A stretch of DNA of 64,000 nucleotides from Callorhinchus milii (lineage: Eukaryota): positions 115,632,001 through 115,696,000 of the forward strand of contig NW_024704742.1 in NCBI RefSeq assembly GCF_018977255.1. The letters are read 5' to 3'. Positions 39,288-53,554 of the stretch are shown here, piece by piece (position 1 is the first letter of the stretch; every line of letters starts with the position of its first letter). Under the pieces are notes generated by a model. It made no database searches and was not told where the DNA came from. It worked only from the letters and a program-made list of their open reading frames with translations. The position numbers and the translations under genes are program-made.

Positions 39288-40882
39288 CTTAATTTGATGC
39301 CCTCCAGTTACTGACTCACCGATAAATAATCATTTATTTGAGTTTATGCTAAATCACAGGGAAAATAAAAGATTTCCTGAAAGATATTTTGAGTGTGATA
39401 TTAAGACAGTTCAATAAAGAGAATTTTATAAATATTAACCAAGATGCATGTTCTGGACATTCAGTGATGAAAACTAATTGGATCTAATTTGTGGAATTCC
39501 TTGTTAAGGATTCCTAACAGAATTTCCATCAGTCCATGGGAACTCCAATTCAGAAGTAGATTTGATCATTTTTAGAGTCTAAGTTCGCTAACCTTGCTCA
39601 GTTCCCAAAAATCTACCACAAAATATAATCCGCTTTTAAAGATTTTAATTTGACTAATTTGGACATTTATACAAGTCCTGTATGATAACATCCAACAACA
39701 CATGCTGTTGATGACTCTTAATGTTATTCGAATACATCAATAACACCCCGCATTTATTTAGCATCATTCAGCATCTCAGAGTTATCGATGTTAAAGAGGG
39801 CTTGATTAGTCACAATGCGGGCTATTCTCTCATTTTGTTTGTTTTCCCATTATAAGTAAATTATGCTATATGTCAATAAGTGCCCCTTCAAAGAGATATC
39901 TCCCTGATCCAATCATTTAACCTTTTGATGACCAATAACCTTGAATCCTATCTGAGCTGCAGTAGTCTTCCTCACCATCTCCAAAAATTCATTAAAGTAA
40001 AATGTTCCATTTCACGTACAGCATATTTCAAGCAGAGAAATGGTTCAAACATTGGTGCATTGCACTGAGTGCGTTCTGTAAAATATGATTGGAAACCCTA
40101 CTTGTTTAAATGAAAATATATATTAAGCAATTCACAGATGGCAGTTCTATCACTAAAATCAGGGCTAGTATTACCTGCTAGGTTGAAACTCCATATCAAC
40201 ACAGCACAGCACAACTCTTCTTATGAATGGGATAGCTCTGAATTTTCTAGACATATTGGATTGCAGTATGAATGGAGATCACATACTATTTGACATTTGT
40301 TTTAATGAAATATAACTATATAATGTAGAGTAAATCAGTCAAAGCTAAATACTTCAAAACATTTTAATATTTATAAATGCTTTACAATGATCATATTAAT
40401 TTTTCATTATCTTCCAGCGGTTTCATAGATGGTGCAATAGTAAAGAGTTGTGGATTAAGGCTATTTATACTTTAATTTATGTTTGAGATATTTATACTAG
40501 AAGCCATTTGTCTCCACAAATGGCTTCTCCTCCAGTCCCCACAGAACACATTTAAATGTATTTACAATAAATTTAAATTAACATACATTGGTGGGCAAGA
40601 ACATCATTTTCCTAATGGTTGCTTCTATCCTCCTTGGGGAGGAGCAAGGTTAACAGAGTGTCTTTGAAACTGGATTGGATCCAAGGTGAAATACCTGGCA
40701 ATAGAATCAAGTCAATCCTCACCTGGAATCAAGTCAATCCTCTTTGCTGGTCTTCATAGTCAGATTGGTGAGCCAGGCAGATCCCACCAGCTCAGGTTCA
40801 GATCCCTGACTGTCCAGCGCCTTGGGACGTCCTTCTGCAATGAAAGACGCTATACAATGTAATTTATTGTTGTTGTTGTTGT

Positions 40883-41228
40883 CCATGGTACTCTAAGGCA
40901 CTGTTGATGACAAACCAGCCACTCTGGCTTGTCAGGATTTGGAAGAGCAGACCAGTCACTGCTTGCCACTTGGCAAACCAAAGTCTTAACAGACAGGGTG
41001 ATCCTAGTTGGACAAGCAATGGGAAGCCGGATGATTTTAGCTGGTTGAACTCCAACAGCACTTCAATACACACTCTGAGGTCACCTAGTCTTGGCTTTTG
41101 ACAATTTGCATCTAATCTCACCAGGATTAGGTAAGCAGAGGGTACCCCTCCAGGAGAGAATGCATACTCCATACGAAATAAAAGGAAACCATTCACATTC
41201 AAAAGTCTCTTTAGTTTGGTTTGGAGAC
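40883..41228 (+). repeat. Unclassified ancient repeat
   Basis: GGAAGAGCAGACCAGTCACT, GATTTTAGCTGGTT, TTAGGTAAGCAG blocks. Confidence 0.7.
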
Positions 41229-42604
41229 GTTTATAGGCTTCTCCAAGTGTTAAAGGATAGCATGAACAAATTCATGGATCAAAATTATGTACACTTCTTG
41301 GCAAAGTGAGGTTATATTGGAATTTCCTAAATGTAACAACACAATTGGCTCCTCCTGGTGATCACTTACCTACTGGGAGGTGCATTATATTGACCACATT
41401 TCTAAACTGAAAGTAAAAGAAAACTATGACCGTAAAGCTTAATTTGATTTCATTCTTGTACAGAGTTAATATACTGTTCCTCATTTTGTCTCCAACATTT
41501 TACATCTCCATGCAGTTCAATCATTAAGCCCATGAAACTATATCTCAACATAAATCTGCCAAACAATTTTTTGCCTTATTAAAGGTGCAGACTTGGCTCA
41601 GTTGGTTATATTGTTTCTTCTGAGCAATGTAGATTGTAGATTTAAGATCACCAGATTGGGACTTGATATCATAGTCCAGAGTACATTTCAGTGAAGGACT
41701 GGGGAAGCAGTGCATTATGAAAGATACCAAAGACAAGGTTAAATTGAACCTGAGGTGTCCTGGCATTTAAGTGCTAGGTTGTGAGATCCTATTTTTAAAG
41801 TTGAGTAAAGCTGGTATCCTGTGAACCATCTCAGAAAAGCAAGTCAAATCCTGGAGGCCCCTTCAAGCCCAACTATTTTGATTGTCGGAGTGTTCGCACA
41901 TATCCACATCGACAAGAGGAATTTCTGACAATGCAATACCATTACAGAACACATTTACAAAAAAACACATTTTGGGATTGTCTCCAGTTTGCTGCTCTAG
42001 TGCTCAAGTTTTGAACTTGACCATTTCCCTGACCATTTCCCCCCTGCTCGAGTCTTGACCCAACTGTACAGCACCTTGGGACATCCTCCCGACATGAAAG
42101 GCGCTCTATAAATGGAATCTTGTTGTTGTTGTTGTTGAACTAGTCCTGACTTCAGTAACTGCGTTGTTACTCTTAAACATTTCGTTTAAAGTCTAGAATA
42201 GTTCTTCAGTCCTTTCATGTGGAAAACAGTGCATTTTTCAAAGACAAGATGGATGTAATCAAGAAATCTGCAAAAGAATTATATGACGATGCCTCATAAA
42301 TCATACACGTTTTAAAAAAACTTCAAAGACCCACTTTTATGTGATAAATATATTGTTTTTTCATCAGTTTAAATACTGAAGGTTGGAATCCTAAGCATGG
42401 TGTGAATTTACTCTTAAATCATCAAGTCTTCAATAAAAAGGAAGGTAAATTTGATTATTATTTTCACACAGTAAAAGTAAAAGACTGATACTAAAATATT
42501 TATCCGCAAAAAAAATCAAAATTGTAATACAAAGATCTTTTGCTGGGACAGCCTGTGAGACACTTAAGGAGCTTATTAGTTACAGGGTATCCAAATCTTT
42601 GCTT

Positions 42605-43920
42605 CCATGTCATCATCCACAGACATGGGGTAAACTTACACATGTATGCGGATGACACCCATCTGTACCTCTTTGCCTCCACCCTTGACTCCAGGACCAC
42701 TGCTGGAGTGGTCAGACATCAAGTCCTGGATGAGAGCTAACTTTCTACAGTTGAACATCAACAAGACCGAGGCTCTCCTGATTGGCTCCTGTCAGCGCCT
42801 CCTCACCTCAGGCGCTGACAGCATCACCATCCATGGATGCACACTTCACCTTACTAAGCATGTCTGAAACCATGGTGTTTTGTTTGACCTTCAACTATCC
42901 TCTCTACCCCACATCCATGCCATGACCCGCTCTGCCTTCTCCGACCTCTGCAACATCGCCCGGCTCCGCCACTGTCTCACACTGCAGGCCACCAAAACTC
43001 ATTCCTGCATTTATAACATCCAGGCTTGACAATGCAAACTCCTTGCTTGTCGGCCTCCCCAAGTCCTCCCTTCATGGGCTGCAGATCATCCAGAACTCTG
43101 CAGCCCGTGTCCTCTCCCTCACCAGTCTCTGTGACCCTATGATTCCCATGTTCGCCTGACTCCAGTGGCTTCCCAGCTCACAGAGGATACAGTTCAAGAT
43201 ACTGGCTCTCACCTTCAAAGCCCTCCATGGCCTCACTCCCCCCTACTCTGCAACCTCCTAACCCTCTACCATTCTGCCCGCTCCCTCCGCTCAGTGGGTT
43301 CTGGCCTGCTTCACGTCCCCCTGCTCGTCTGCCCCACTATTGGTGGGTGGACCTTTGGCCACTCTGCCCCACCCTCTGGAATTCCATCCTGCAGTTTCTC
43401 CGCCTCATCCCCTCCCTTCAAGGCCCACCTCAAGCCCCTCCTCTTCGACCATAATAATAATAATAATAATCCTTGCATTTGATATAGTGCTTTTCACGTC
43501 GGGAGGACGTCCCAAAACGCTTCACAGAACACACTGTAAAGTGAATTGACTGTATATTTGTGGGCGAACGCGGCAGCCAATTGCGCACAGCAATGTTCCA
43601 CAAACAGTCTTAGATTGAAAATGAACAATTTATTATTGTTTTGGTTTTGGAGGGATTATTATTAGGTGTGTGGAGTAAGGAAACTTGCCCAAGGTTTCGC
43701 CCTGCCTGGAATTGAACTCAGGTCTCTCGCTTGCAAAGCGAGTGCTCTAACCACTGAGCTACAGGACTCCGTGCTTCTGATCACCCTTTTGTCCCCCCTG
43801 CCCTCCACCCTCCCCAATCCTGACTCCCAGCTCGGGTCCAAAACACTCACTGTCCAGCGCTTGGGGCGTCCTCTGGATGTGAAAGGCGCAAAACAAATGT
43901 CATTTTGTTGTTGTTGTTGC
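42605..43920 (+). mobile_element. L2 LINE 3' portion, split by a SINE
   Basis: HMYADDTHLYL, DIKSWMRANFLQLNINKTE; 3' UTR resumes at 43771 and ends in (TTG)n. Confidence 0.93.
43451..43770 (-). mobile_element. Young tRNA-Ala SINE inserted in L2
   Basis: Full-length copy. Confidence 0.95.
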
Positions 43921-46900
43921 ATGCTTTTCAAAACCAATACATTTGCTTTTGCATTCATGGGCACTTTTAGCTTTGGGATTTCAATGGTATACATTTCAAT
44001 GGCATACTCTGTCCCCACCCTCTGGACCTCCATCCCGCAGTCTGTAGAGAAGTGGTTTTCTTCTACATTCTTCTATATTCTTTCTACATTCTCGTACATT
44101 CTTTGATTACTAAAGAGTAATCAAAGAGTTTGATTACTAAAGATTATTTAATTGAAAGAATGTATCATTCACTTCATGCCTGCTTATGGGATATTGCTGT
44201 GCACAAATTGGCTGCCGCATTGACTTACAAATACCTAGTCACTATTCTTCGCAAAAAATCCTCCGGTGTATTTTGATGACGTAATAAAGTCACTATGTCA
44301 AAGAAGGAAAGGGAATAGAGAGAAGTGGGAAAGTAGATTAAGAAAGATGAAATAAAAACACTCTTGTGGACTGATTGGGCAGGATTACCTATTTCCATGC
44401 TTTAACAGTCTATGCAATAAATATAAATCATGCATTAATTTAATATAAATCATGTGACACTAGATAATCAGTTCATAATGTGTTGCAGATAGCAGCATTG
44501 ACAGAACTTTACGGATCTAATTGTGATTTGTTTATAAATTTATAGAATGAGCACAAGCTCTACCCTTCAACCCCCTCCACCTCCCACACAAATAACACAT
44601 GGGAGGTAAATTGTGAATGGGCAATTAAAATTTTTATATGAAGGCACTGTTTTTAATATTGATGAGAATTGTTTTCACATATTTCCATGAATGTACTTTT
44701 ATTATAAAAAGTGTCTCTGTAGTTGTTTTTACCCTCCTTTATTTATGAACTGAAATTTGCCCCTGGAGGACAGTGAACCTTGACCACATGATGCAATACC
44801 TCACGATCAGAAAGAGTCTGTGAGGAGCTCTGGTATTATCACACTTATCTAGTTATTGTATAAATATGACCAAAAGTCTATAAAAATACTGAAATCTTGG
44901 TCATTTATTGTTTTGGGATTTCATACAATGAAAACAGTGAGTAACCAATACTATTTGAACTATTTCAATTTACAATAAATTCTTGGCAAGCTACTTCTAT
45001 GAAAGCCAAGTAACTTGATACTTTGAATAGACTTCATCTGGATACATAACTGAGAACAGGAATGACTGCAACAAATGTGAAAACTGAAGGATTATCTTCA
45101 TCTTATTCCTTCAGATTTAGGCTGCTTTAGTCAAATAATTGAAAGATGGAAACATTTAAAGAAACTATAAAGAAAATTGTGTCATATTCTTGAAGCACAC
45201 TACAGTATTGTTATTATATATACAACAAAAGGGCTGAGAGGAATTAATATTCTCTGAGGTGTTAACTTTGAAATTGCTAGTAACCTTGAAACACAATAGT
45301 TAAACGTTCTGTCGTGTTTAGCTTTTATCAATTTCCAGAAAGAATCTTTTAAAAAATTCACTAACATGAATTAGTATATACGGTTGTACAGCTGTTGTCT
45401 GATTTGAGCAATATTAAATTAAACCCTCTGTGAATGCAACATGAGGCTTTTGTCAATAGTTTACAAGAATGTTCTAGTTTTTTCTCCCAAATGTGCAAAA
45501 TTATTTTATAAGTGCCAGCATTCCTCTGTTCCTCTGGTTCTTATCAAAGTAGTCAGTCTTCATGTTTAAGCCTATACAGTGAATCTTTGTAGATTATTTG
45601 ACTGTGTAGGCTACTAGCCAGCCAAGAATGTGTCTGAACCTGATCTACACACACACACTTTCAGTGGACAGTGTTAAAAAATTTGAATCCTGGTTTATTT
45701 TCATTCCCAATGATCAAACTTCACATCGTCTGGTCTATATGGATCAAAACCATACCATATAGTTAATTTACCCAATGAGTCTCCTTCAATACCTTTCAAC
45801 TATGGTTTGGCTCTGAAGACCCATTTAGTAACACCAATTAAATAGTTTACCCGGCCTTAAACGGTTCCATTCATGGGCAAACATTACAAGACCAATGTTA
45901 TTTCTCACATAATTTGAATAAGTTATTTCTCACATAATTTGAATAGGTAAAAGGTGTCCATTGTGAGCACTCAGGACGTGATTTACATTAACCGGTTACT
46001 ATTAAGTGCAGTGACTAATATGTAAGCAAATGTGATAACTAATCTGTGCTTGCAACACATATCAATAAGTAAAATGTCCAACCAACTGATAACAAATTAA
46101 ATCTGTTGTTTTTACTAATTTTTTGATGAGTCTGAAATATTAGAAAAAAAACCTCAAAATCTTCTTCAAAACAATTCTACAATTTTTTATATCTATTTGA
46201 AACCCTGGATTACTTTCAAAATGTGCCAGAGGAAAAATAGGGGTAAAATTCTGCCTTTCTTCCCTGCACTTACTGTGATAACAATAAAAGTTTTCCGCCA
46301 ACGGAAATCTGAGGCATTATGACTTCAACTGCGAGAAGCAAACCAAATCTAATGTCTCCATAATGGCTTTAAAGGCAACGGTGAAACAACGTTTTACAAA
46401 ATTTCTCAATTTCACTATATAGAAACACTTAAGAAGAAGATAACTAGCTTGAGCAATTCAAGCTGTCAGCAAGGTTGTCAAATTACTGCTAAAAACTGAT
46501 TAAATTGTCAAATGTCACAGGTACTTTGAGGATTGCTAAAAGCACATCATTGGTTTATAATACATTGCTAGACAAAAAATGTGTTTCAATAAAATACAGT
46601 ATTAACAAAGCAAGGTACTGCTATATCCAAATTGCCATAGACAGAAGAATATACGACCTTAATATTCCACTTGTAGAATAGGCAACTGCTGACACCTCCT
46701 TTCAATCTATTGAATTCATCTCAGATATATGAGTAATAACCTTAGATATAAAATGCACATTGTTGGTATATATATTGACGCCCTTACAAGCATACGCAAA
46801 TGTTCTCTATGATCATTTGCTTTCTGAATAGTTGAATATAATTTGATTTTAAATGACTTTTGAAGAATTATTTTATTATAGGGTTGAACCTTGTGACTTT

Positions 46901-47169
46901 TTAGTGTTTTCTTTGTGCCAAGGAATTGATTATAAAAACTTAAATTTTACCGCATTGTCCTGAATTAGTGCCCAACATTTATTCCTAATGCCTCCCTTGT
47001 ACATCCTCAGGATCAACACAATAGGACCTTTGAGGAGAAGGAGAATGAAGATGACATTTAAACCTATAATAAGCTTATACTGCAAAGGTCAGCAAATTTA
47101 CTAACCAGTCGAGAAGCAATACACTCTCACTGGCTAAGGCTGGTAAATGTACAGATAGTAGATCTTACC

Positions 47170-47690
47170 CTGACAATATGAAAAGGAAGTTACAACAAGG
47201 AAACCAAAAATGAGAAGTAAAAAGGAAGAATATGAACCATATAAAAATAAGAAGACATATACTGCCCATAAAGTTGGAAGGAGTAAAAGAAACACATGAA
47301 GAATTGAATAATAGAAGGAAAGAGTTTTGAAGAATATAAGAAGCTCAAAAGCCATGGATTGCTCTTTGTAGGTTTAAGACTCCAAGTCACATATTCATGT
47401 ATGCTGTACAGCAAAATAATGCTATCCTTAGAAAGTTATGCAATACATCTGAGTTGAGAAATGACCTGTGGAAGGTGAACATTGAGATAGGGGACTATCT
47501 ATGGGTGGACCTGGATCCTGGAATGATAATTGCCAGACAACTGCAGCAGCTGGCAAAATGAACATGACAGATGTGAATGAAAGTTTTAAAGGGACACTGT
47601 CTTCATGAATAAAGTTTCTCCAGTAATTTTTGTCAAGATTTGTTTGCATAAGAAACGTAATGTTTTCAATGTGGCATAGCATAGATGTAT
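47170..47690 (+). mobile_element. Probable degenerate Ty3/Gypsy gag relic
   Basis: Interrupted translation LPIKLEGVKETHEEL...QKPWIALCRFK...AILRKLCNTSEL...IARQLQ...CFQCG (47661-47675) follows the motif order of fish Gypsy gag (KP..IAERF, LR.L...CEF, CCHC knuckle); stops and frameshifts present. Confidence 0.5.
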
Positions 47691-50039
47691 TTATAGCATA
47701 GATGTATTTTTGGGAAAGCTAGATAGTTACGTGAGGGAGAAAGGAATAGAAGGTTATGTTTGAAGGCTTAGTTGAGGAAAGACAGGAAGAGGCTCATGTG
47801 GAGCATGAACACCAGCATCGACCAGTTGGGCCGAATGGCCTGTTTCTGTGCTGAATATTCTAATGTATTCTAATGTATGTGATTTCTACCATCAGACTGT
47901 AAGTTTGCAAACCAAGAAAATGTTTCTCAAATAGTTTTTCATAAAGAGAATGTTCCTTTAAATGAATAATACAAGGTAAACAAAACGCATCAAGTATTTG
48001 AATGCAAGTCTAAGATTTTATATTTTGTGCAATTACATGGCTATAACATTGATGTTTCCTTCTATAACAACAATTTTTTTCAATTATGGCGTATTCCAGG
48101 CTTCAAAGGTATAGTAAAGAATAATAAAGCATTCAAAAGTTAACAATGCAATGAATATGAACTCCAACGTACCATTGTTATAAAGAATGTATGGGACATA
48201 AAAACCCATGGGATTTATAGTCTTAGTCTATCACAGACATGCATCCATTATACCAATGTCAGTAATATGAATAGAAAGTACAATAGTTCACACCATTAAA
48301 GGTGCATTTTTCTATTTAGGAGAGCTTTGGGCACAGTTGAGTGACTAATATGCAGAAACCCATTGCCATGTTTAAGGGGATCCAAACCAGACTGCAAATT
48401 CCACAATTTGTGGAACATGTTTCGCATAAACTAATATGGAAAGTTTGGTCTATTGCACAGAATTGAGACATCTCAACAATGTGATAAGGCACTATATCAA
48501 ATGCAAAGATTATTAATATCAATAACAAAATCTAAATTGTTCCATTTTCTCATCAGCTATATATATATTAGCAGACCTTTATCCTGAAATTGCAGGTTTT
48601 GCTGAGGAAACTGAAGAATAAAAGATTTAGTAAAAATATTGGTTTACAATGAAAAAATAGATGTTTGATGACTGAAATTATTTTGCCAGGATTAATCATA
48701 ATAATAACCACACAAAATTACAATAGTCTTATAATTATCGTACATTCTATGTGACATTGCAAAAGCAGCATTCTGTATAACTAATTATAAGTAAATTTTG
48801 TAATTACAGAACATTTCTAGGCATCTAGTGAAATTCAATTTATTTTCTTTAAAAATATAGACAGTGTTGAATTTTGGAATTGCCAGAGCCACTGTGTGGT
48901 TCTCAGGAACAATTAGTATTTAGATCAGACAAACTAATGTCCCATCTGCCTGTTCAGGTGGGTGTTAAAGATCTCAAAAATTGAAGGGAGTTTATTCAGG
49001 TGTCCTGGCAACAATCCCTTAGATAAAATTGGTCAGGGCTGTTTGTGGGACCTCTCAGAGACAAGAGTGCTACCAACTGAACCAGGCTGACACACTAGGC
49101 GTTTTGAATTGTATCAAAGCATGACGTGTTTCTTAAGAGGATAATGCTGCTTTAGAATTTCCTAATTGATATGATTATGTAACAAACATATTATTAACAT
49201 TCGCTTGAAGTGCAAAAGCTACAATAGTATTTCAATGCATTTTAATGGATTACTTTTATGATTCAAGACATATTTTAAAGTAATGTATTATTAATTCTAA
49301 TTATCTTTACCTTATTGACTTCAGTAAACACTCAACAAGGGAATTGAATTCAAATGCTTCAAATAACCTAAATAATAATGTCTAGACTGTCTCTCCAGTG
49401 CTGAGAGTCACAAACTTAATAATTTATTTGAAATACATACAAAGTGGTACCTCCAATCCATAAATTATAAGCAATTTGTTTAAAATATACAAGTTAATAT
49501 TCATGTTTGGAGCAGAAATAGAGGTAGAATTATGTTCTTTATTTTATATAATGAAAGTATATTGTCCCTATTCTAGTCTTCTGTATTATTGTGGTAAAAC
49601 CCTGCACTCTGCTGTTTGTTCTGCCTATGAGTTTCTATTTTTGACAGATTGTAGATTTATTTTCTCTACTATATCCTTGTCTGATCTCTTCCCTGAATAC
49701 AATATAACTAACAATTAGTATTAATGGAGTACTATCCAGAACCTCTGGTGATTAGCCCATATATGAATCCTATTTATACTGGACTTTGTATAGCAGTTAG
49801 TATAGCTGTTCCAATTGGTAATACTATTTTGCTTTAAATTTCAAACATTTGAAGTATAGCTATTAGAGCTATGGACTGTAAGGTGTAGGTGTTATCAATC
49901 GCAACATCTGCTGAATTTAGAAAAATCAGCATGAACCTTCCTCTGCATTTCTTCCAAGCTCTCCGTATGGTTTTCTAAACACCTTTCCTCCTCTATGCTC
50001 AAGGTATACAAACAACTTATGACTGCTCTCATAGGGGAG

Positions 50040-50560
50040 AGGAAATCATGGTCTCCTTGGAAGTAAGACAGAATATTGAAATTGAGTCCATGCTCTGTGG
50101 TAGTTTCAGTAGGCTGGTTCCTGAGTCAGGTCGGTCTACAGTATTCCAGGACACTGCTGTCAACACATCAGCTTGCTTAGCTTGTCGGTGGGCTTGGAAG
50201 GGCAGACCAGTCACTGGAGCAAGGATTCCTCCCACTCAGCTCCTGTTAATACTGCAAGCCAAATCCCTAATGGGTAGGGTGGCCCACCTGGATGCTATGC
50301 TTTTAAGCATGGCAAGCTATGTGGTTTTAGCTGGTTAAGCTCCAGCAGTATCCACACTTTCTGGGTACCCAAACCTTGACTCTAGCCAACCTACAAATAC
50401 TCTCCACAATTAGGTAAGCAGGGTGGTCTCTCTAGGGATAGAGTGCATTCTATTCCAGTCACAGGGAAATTTCCATATGTATATGGAACTCTCAGTCTGG
50501 TTTGGCACTGTTAAAACATGGTGGTGAGTTCCTGCCTGTTTCCAACACTCCGCTGACCCC
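50040..50560 (+). repeat. Unclassified ancient repeat (most complete 3' end)
   Basis: Contains all shared blocks; 3' fragments also at 12728-12790 and 52130-52240. Confidence 0.72.
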
Positions 50561-51608
50561 CAAAAGTTACCATACTGTAATTAAAGCTCTTCCTATTGCC
50601 TTCAACCCCACCTCACTCTTTCCTAGGATAAAATGAAAGCAGAACTTCTTCCCTTCCTCCTACAAAAGGCATTAGAATGCCAAGTTTACATCACCACTTT
50701 TATTTCCTTATCCTGTTTTCATAGCTACTATTTTCACCCTTGGTGATATATTATCCAATAGGCCTTGAGCCTTCACCTAAGTTTTCAATGCAAAAAATAT
50801 TGTGGATTTTTGATCATAGCACTTTTAGCCACTTTACCCCGAAACTCTGGAACACTCTTCCTCTATCCCTCCGCCTTACCCCTTTCCTTCCCCATTTTCA
50901 GGTTGCAACTGAAGACCTTCCTGTTTGACTGTGCCTACGGTCACCAACCCTCGGCTCAGTGTCATGCTCCACCATTGTTTAGCACTCTGGGACGCTACCC
51001 TGTGTGAGGGTCGTTCTATAAATGCAAGTTGTTGTTGTTGTTGATTACGGACCCAGTAAAATGCAATGCAAAGTCGGTTACCAGATTTGCAAACAAAAGT
51101 GATATGATATTTCTTCTAGCAAAATGATACAGATCAGACAGCCTGGTTTATATACTTGCTCCAAATTTGCTCTCACAAAAGGTTGAGCGAACATAAATGT
51201 CCGTGTGATGCTTTTCTAATCAGTTTTACTTTTTGCTGTTATTTAAAGAGCCAGTTCCCCCTTTTTAACAGCTTGTTTTCAGTATGTGTTTGTGTTTGAC
51301 CCATGTGGAAGGAACTCCATTGAAAAGTTCAGATAATTTGAAATAAACTAGGGGATACACTGTGTACGTTAGTTGTATTATCCTCAAAGACATTTGTCAA
51401 GGTATGGGGAAAGGGCTGGTAAATAGGATTGAAAGGTTTGCTTTTAAAAGAGCAAGCAAAGACAAGCAAATGGCTTTCTTCTGTGCTGTAAATTTATATG
51501 GTTCTGTTGGTATCATCTTCTCCATTCTAAATCCACCCTGGGTATTTCTTATTAAGTTATTGCTATTCTATTATTCCTTCAACCTGCCTTCCAGAAGGGA
51601 TTCCATTT

Positions 51609-51934
51609 AATAATAATAATAATAATCCTTGCATTTGATATAGCGCTTTTCATGTCGGGAGGACGTCCCAAAGTGCTTCACAGAATACACTGTAAAGTGA
51701 ATTGACTATATATTTGTGGGCGAACGCGGCAGCCAATTGCGCACAGCAGTGTCCCACAAACAGTCGTAGATTGAAAATGACCAATTTATTATTGTTTTGT
51801 TTTGGAGGGATTATTATTAGGCTCTGTGTGGAGTAAGGAAACTTGCCCAAGGTTTTGCCCTGACCTGCCTGGAATTGAACTCAGGTCTCTCGCTTGCAAA
51901 GCGAGTGCTCTAACCACTGAGCTACAGGACTCCA
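51609..51934 (-). mobile_element. Young tRNA-Ala SINE
   Basis: Full-length copy. Confidence 0.94.
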
Positions 51935-53089
51935 TTTAATCTACATGTTCTTGATATCAGGCTAATGGGCTTTCAACTGCCTGAGTCAGTTTCCTTATCC
52001 TTTAATGTATGAACATCACATTTGCCTGCTTACAGTCCTGCAGTAACATACCAATGCTTATAGAAAAATATATGTTTTATGTAATCTTAAATGATATGGT
52101 TGTGGTGGCATTATGGAAAATAAAATAACATGGAAATTTACATGTATAGGTGCATACATATGTGGAACTCTCAGTCTGGTTTGGCTATTCATGAGGATGG
52201 TGATTGGTTTCCTCCTATGTCAGTCACCCAGCTGACACCACCCCCCCCACCACCACGCCCCATGGAAAATGATTAATGGATGGATAAATAAATAACGCAT
52301 AATTATTCTCTCAGGTGTTAGTTGATGGTGGGTGACAAACCAGAGGTATGATGATACAAACATAATCTGAAGAAAATAAATTTTTAGAAATATTATTGTG
52401 TTTATGCTGAACAGAAAGACTTAAGAACATATACTATCATAAGTCTAAAGAATAGATTTTGTTTTATTAATTTCTAGACAGCCCACAAAAAGAGCGTTTG
52501 GTGTCAAACTGAACACTTGGTAACTATTATGATTGAACACATTCTGATGGAGTGAAAGTATACCCAAATATTTTTTGGGTGTGGGGAAGAGGAGAGAACG
52601 AAACCTTTGAACCTGGTAAATTATTGCTTATGCTATTGGGCAGACAATTGGCATTCATCAATATGCATTTGCACAAGGCAAGACCTATGCAAAGGCACAG
52701 GTAGTTAGGTAGATAATAATAATAATCCTTGCATTTGGTATAGCACCTTTCACATTGGGAGGATGTCTCAAAGCATTTCATAGGATTTGATGTGAAGTGA
52801 TGGACCTTTGTATTTCTAGGTGAATGTAGAAGGCACATTCGCCCACAAATATACAGTCAATTCACTTTACAGTGTGTTCTGTGAAGCGCTTTGGGACGTC
52901 CTCCCGACGTGAAAAGCGCTATATCAAATGCAAGGATTATTATTATTATTTGCAGACAGCAATGAACGACGAGGGTATGGTAGAGAGTAAGGACCGGGTG
53001 GCAACTCATGTATAGTAAAGACACTGGCATGGACTGGTTGGGCCAAATGGCTTCTTTTTGTACTGTACAGCCTAAGCAAATCTGTGCAA

Positions 53090-53550
53090 CAACAAAAGAA
53101 ACAACAAAATTACATTTATAGAGTGCCTTTCACGTCAGGAGGACGTTCCAAGGTGCTGGATAGTCAGGGGTCAGGACCCGAGCATGGGAAGGGGTGTGGT
53201 AGGGATGAGGGAAGGCAGAGAAGTGGGAGGGCAATTGAAGGCACGATCAATGAGGAGGGTCTTGAGACCAGCTTTGAAGGAGGCAAGAGAGGAAGCGAGG
53301 CGAAGGGACTGTGAAATTGAGTTCCAGAGTGTGGGGGCAGAGAGGCTGAAAGCTCGGCCACCGATGGTAGGGCGGGTCGGGTGGGAGACATGGAGCAGGC
53401 CAGAGCCTGCTGAACAGAGGGAGTGGGCAGGTTGATAGGGAGTCAGCAGGTGAGAGGGGCAAGGATGGATGGCCTTGAAAGTGAGGTTGAGGATCTTGAC
53501 GTTCAGCTGGAGAAAGTTGTCCCTCGTCCAGGACTTGATGTCGGACAGGC
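53090..53550 (-). mobile_element. L2 3' fragment with internal deletion
   Basis: CLSDIKSWTRDNFLQLN joined directly to KILNLTFKA...GGRAFSLSAPTLWNS. Confidence 0.88.
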
Positions 53551-53554
53551 AATA

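Noticed and set aside
45896..45946. Tandem 25-bp duplication (CRISPR-like?)
   Set aside because: Two adjacent units with no spacer in eukaryotic DNA; ordinary slippage.
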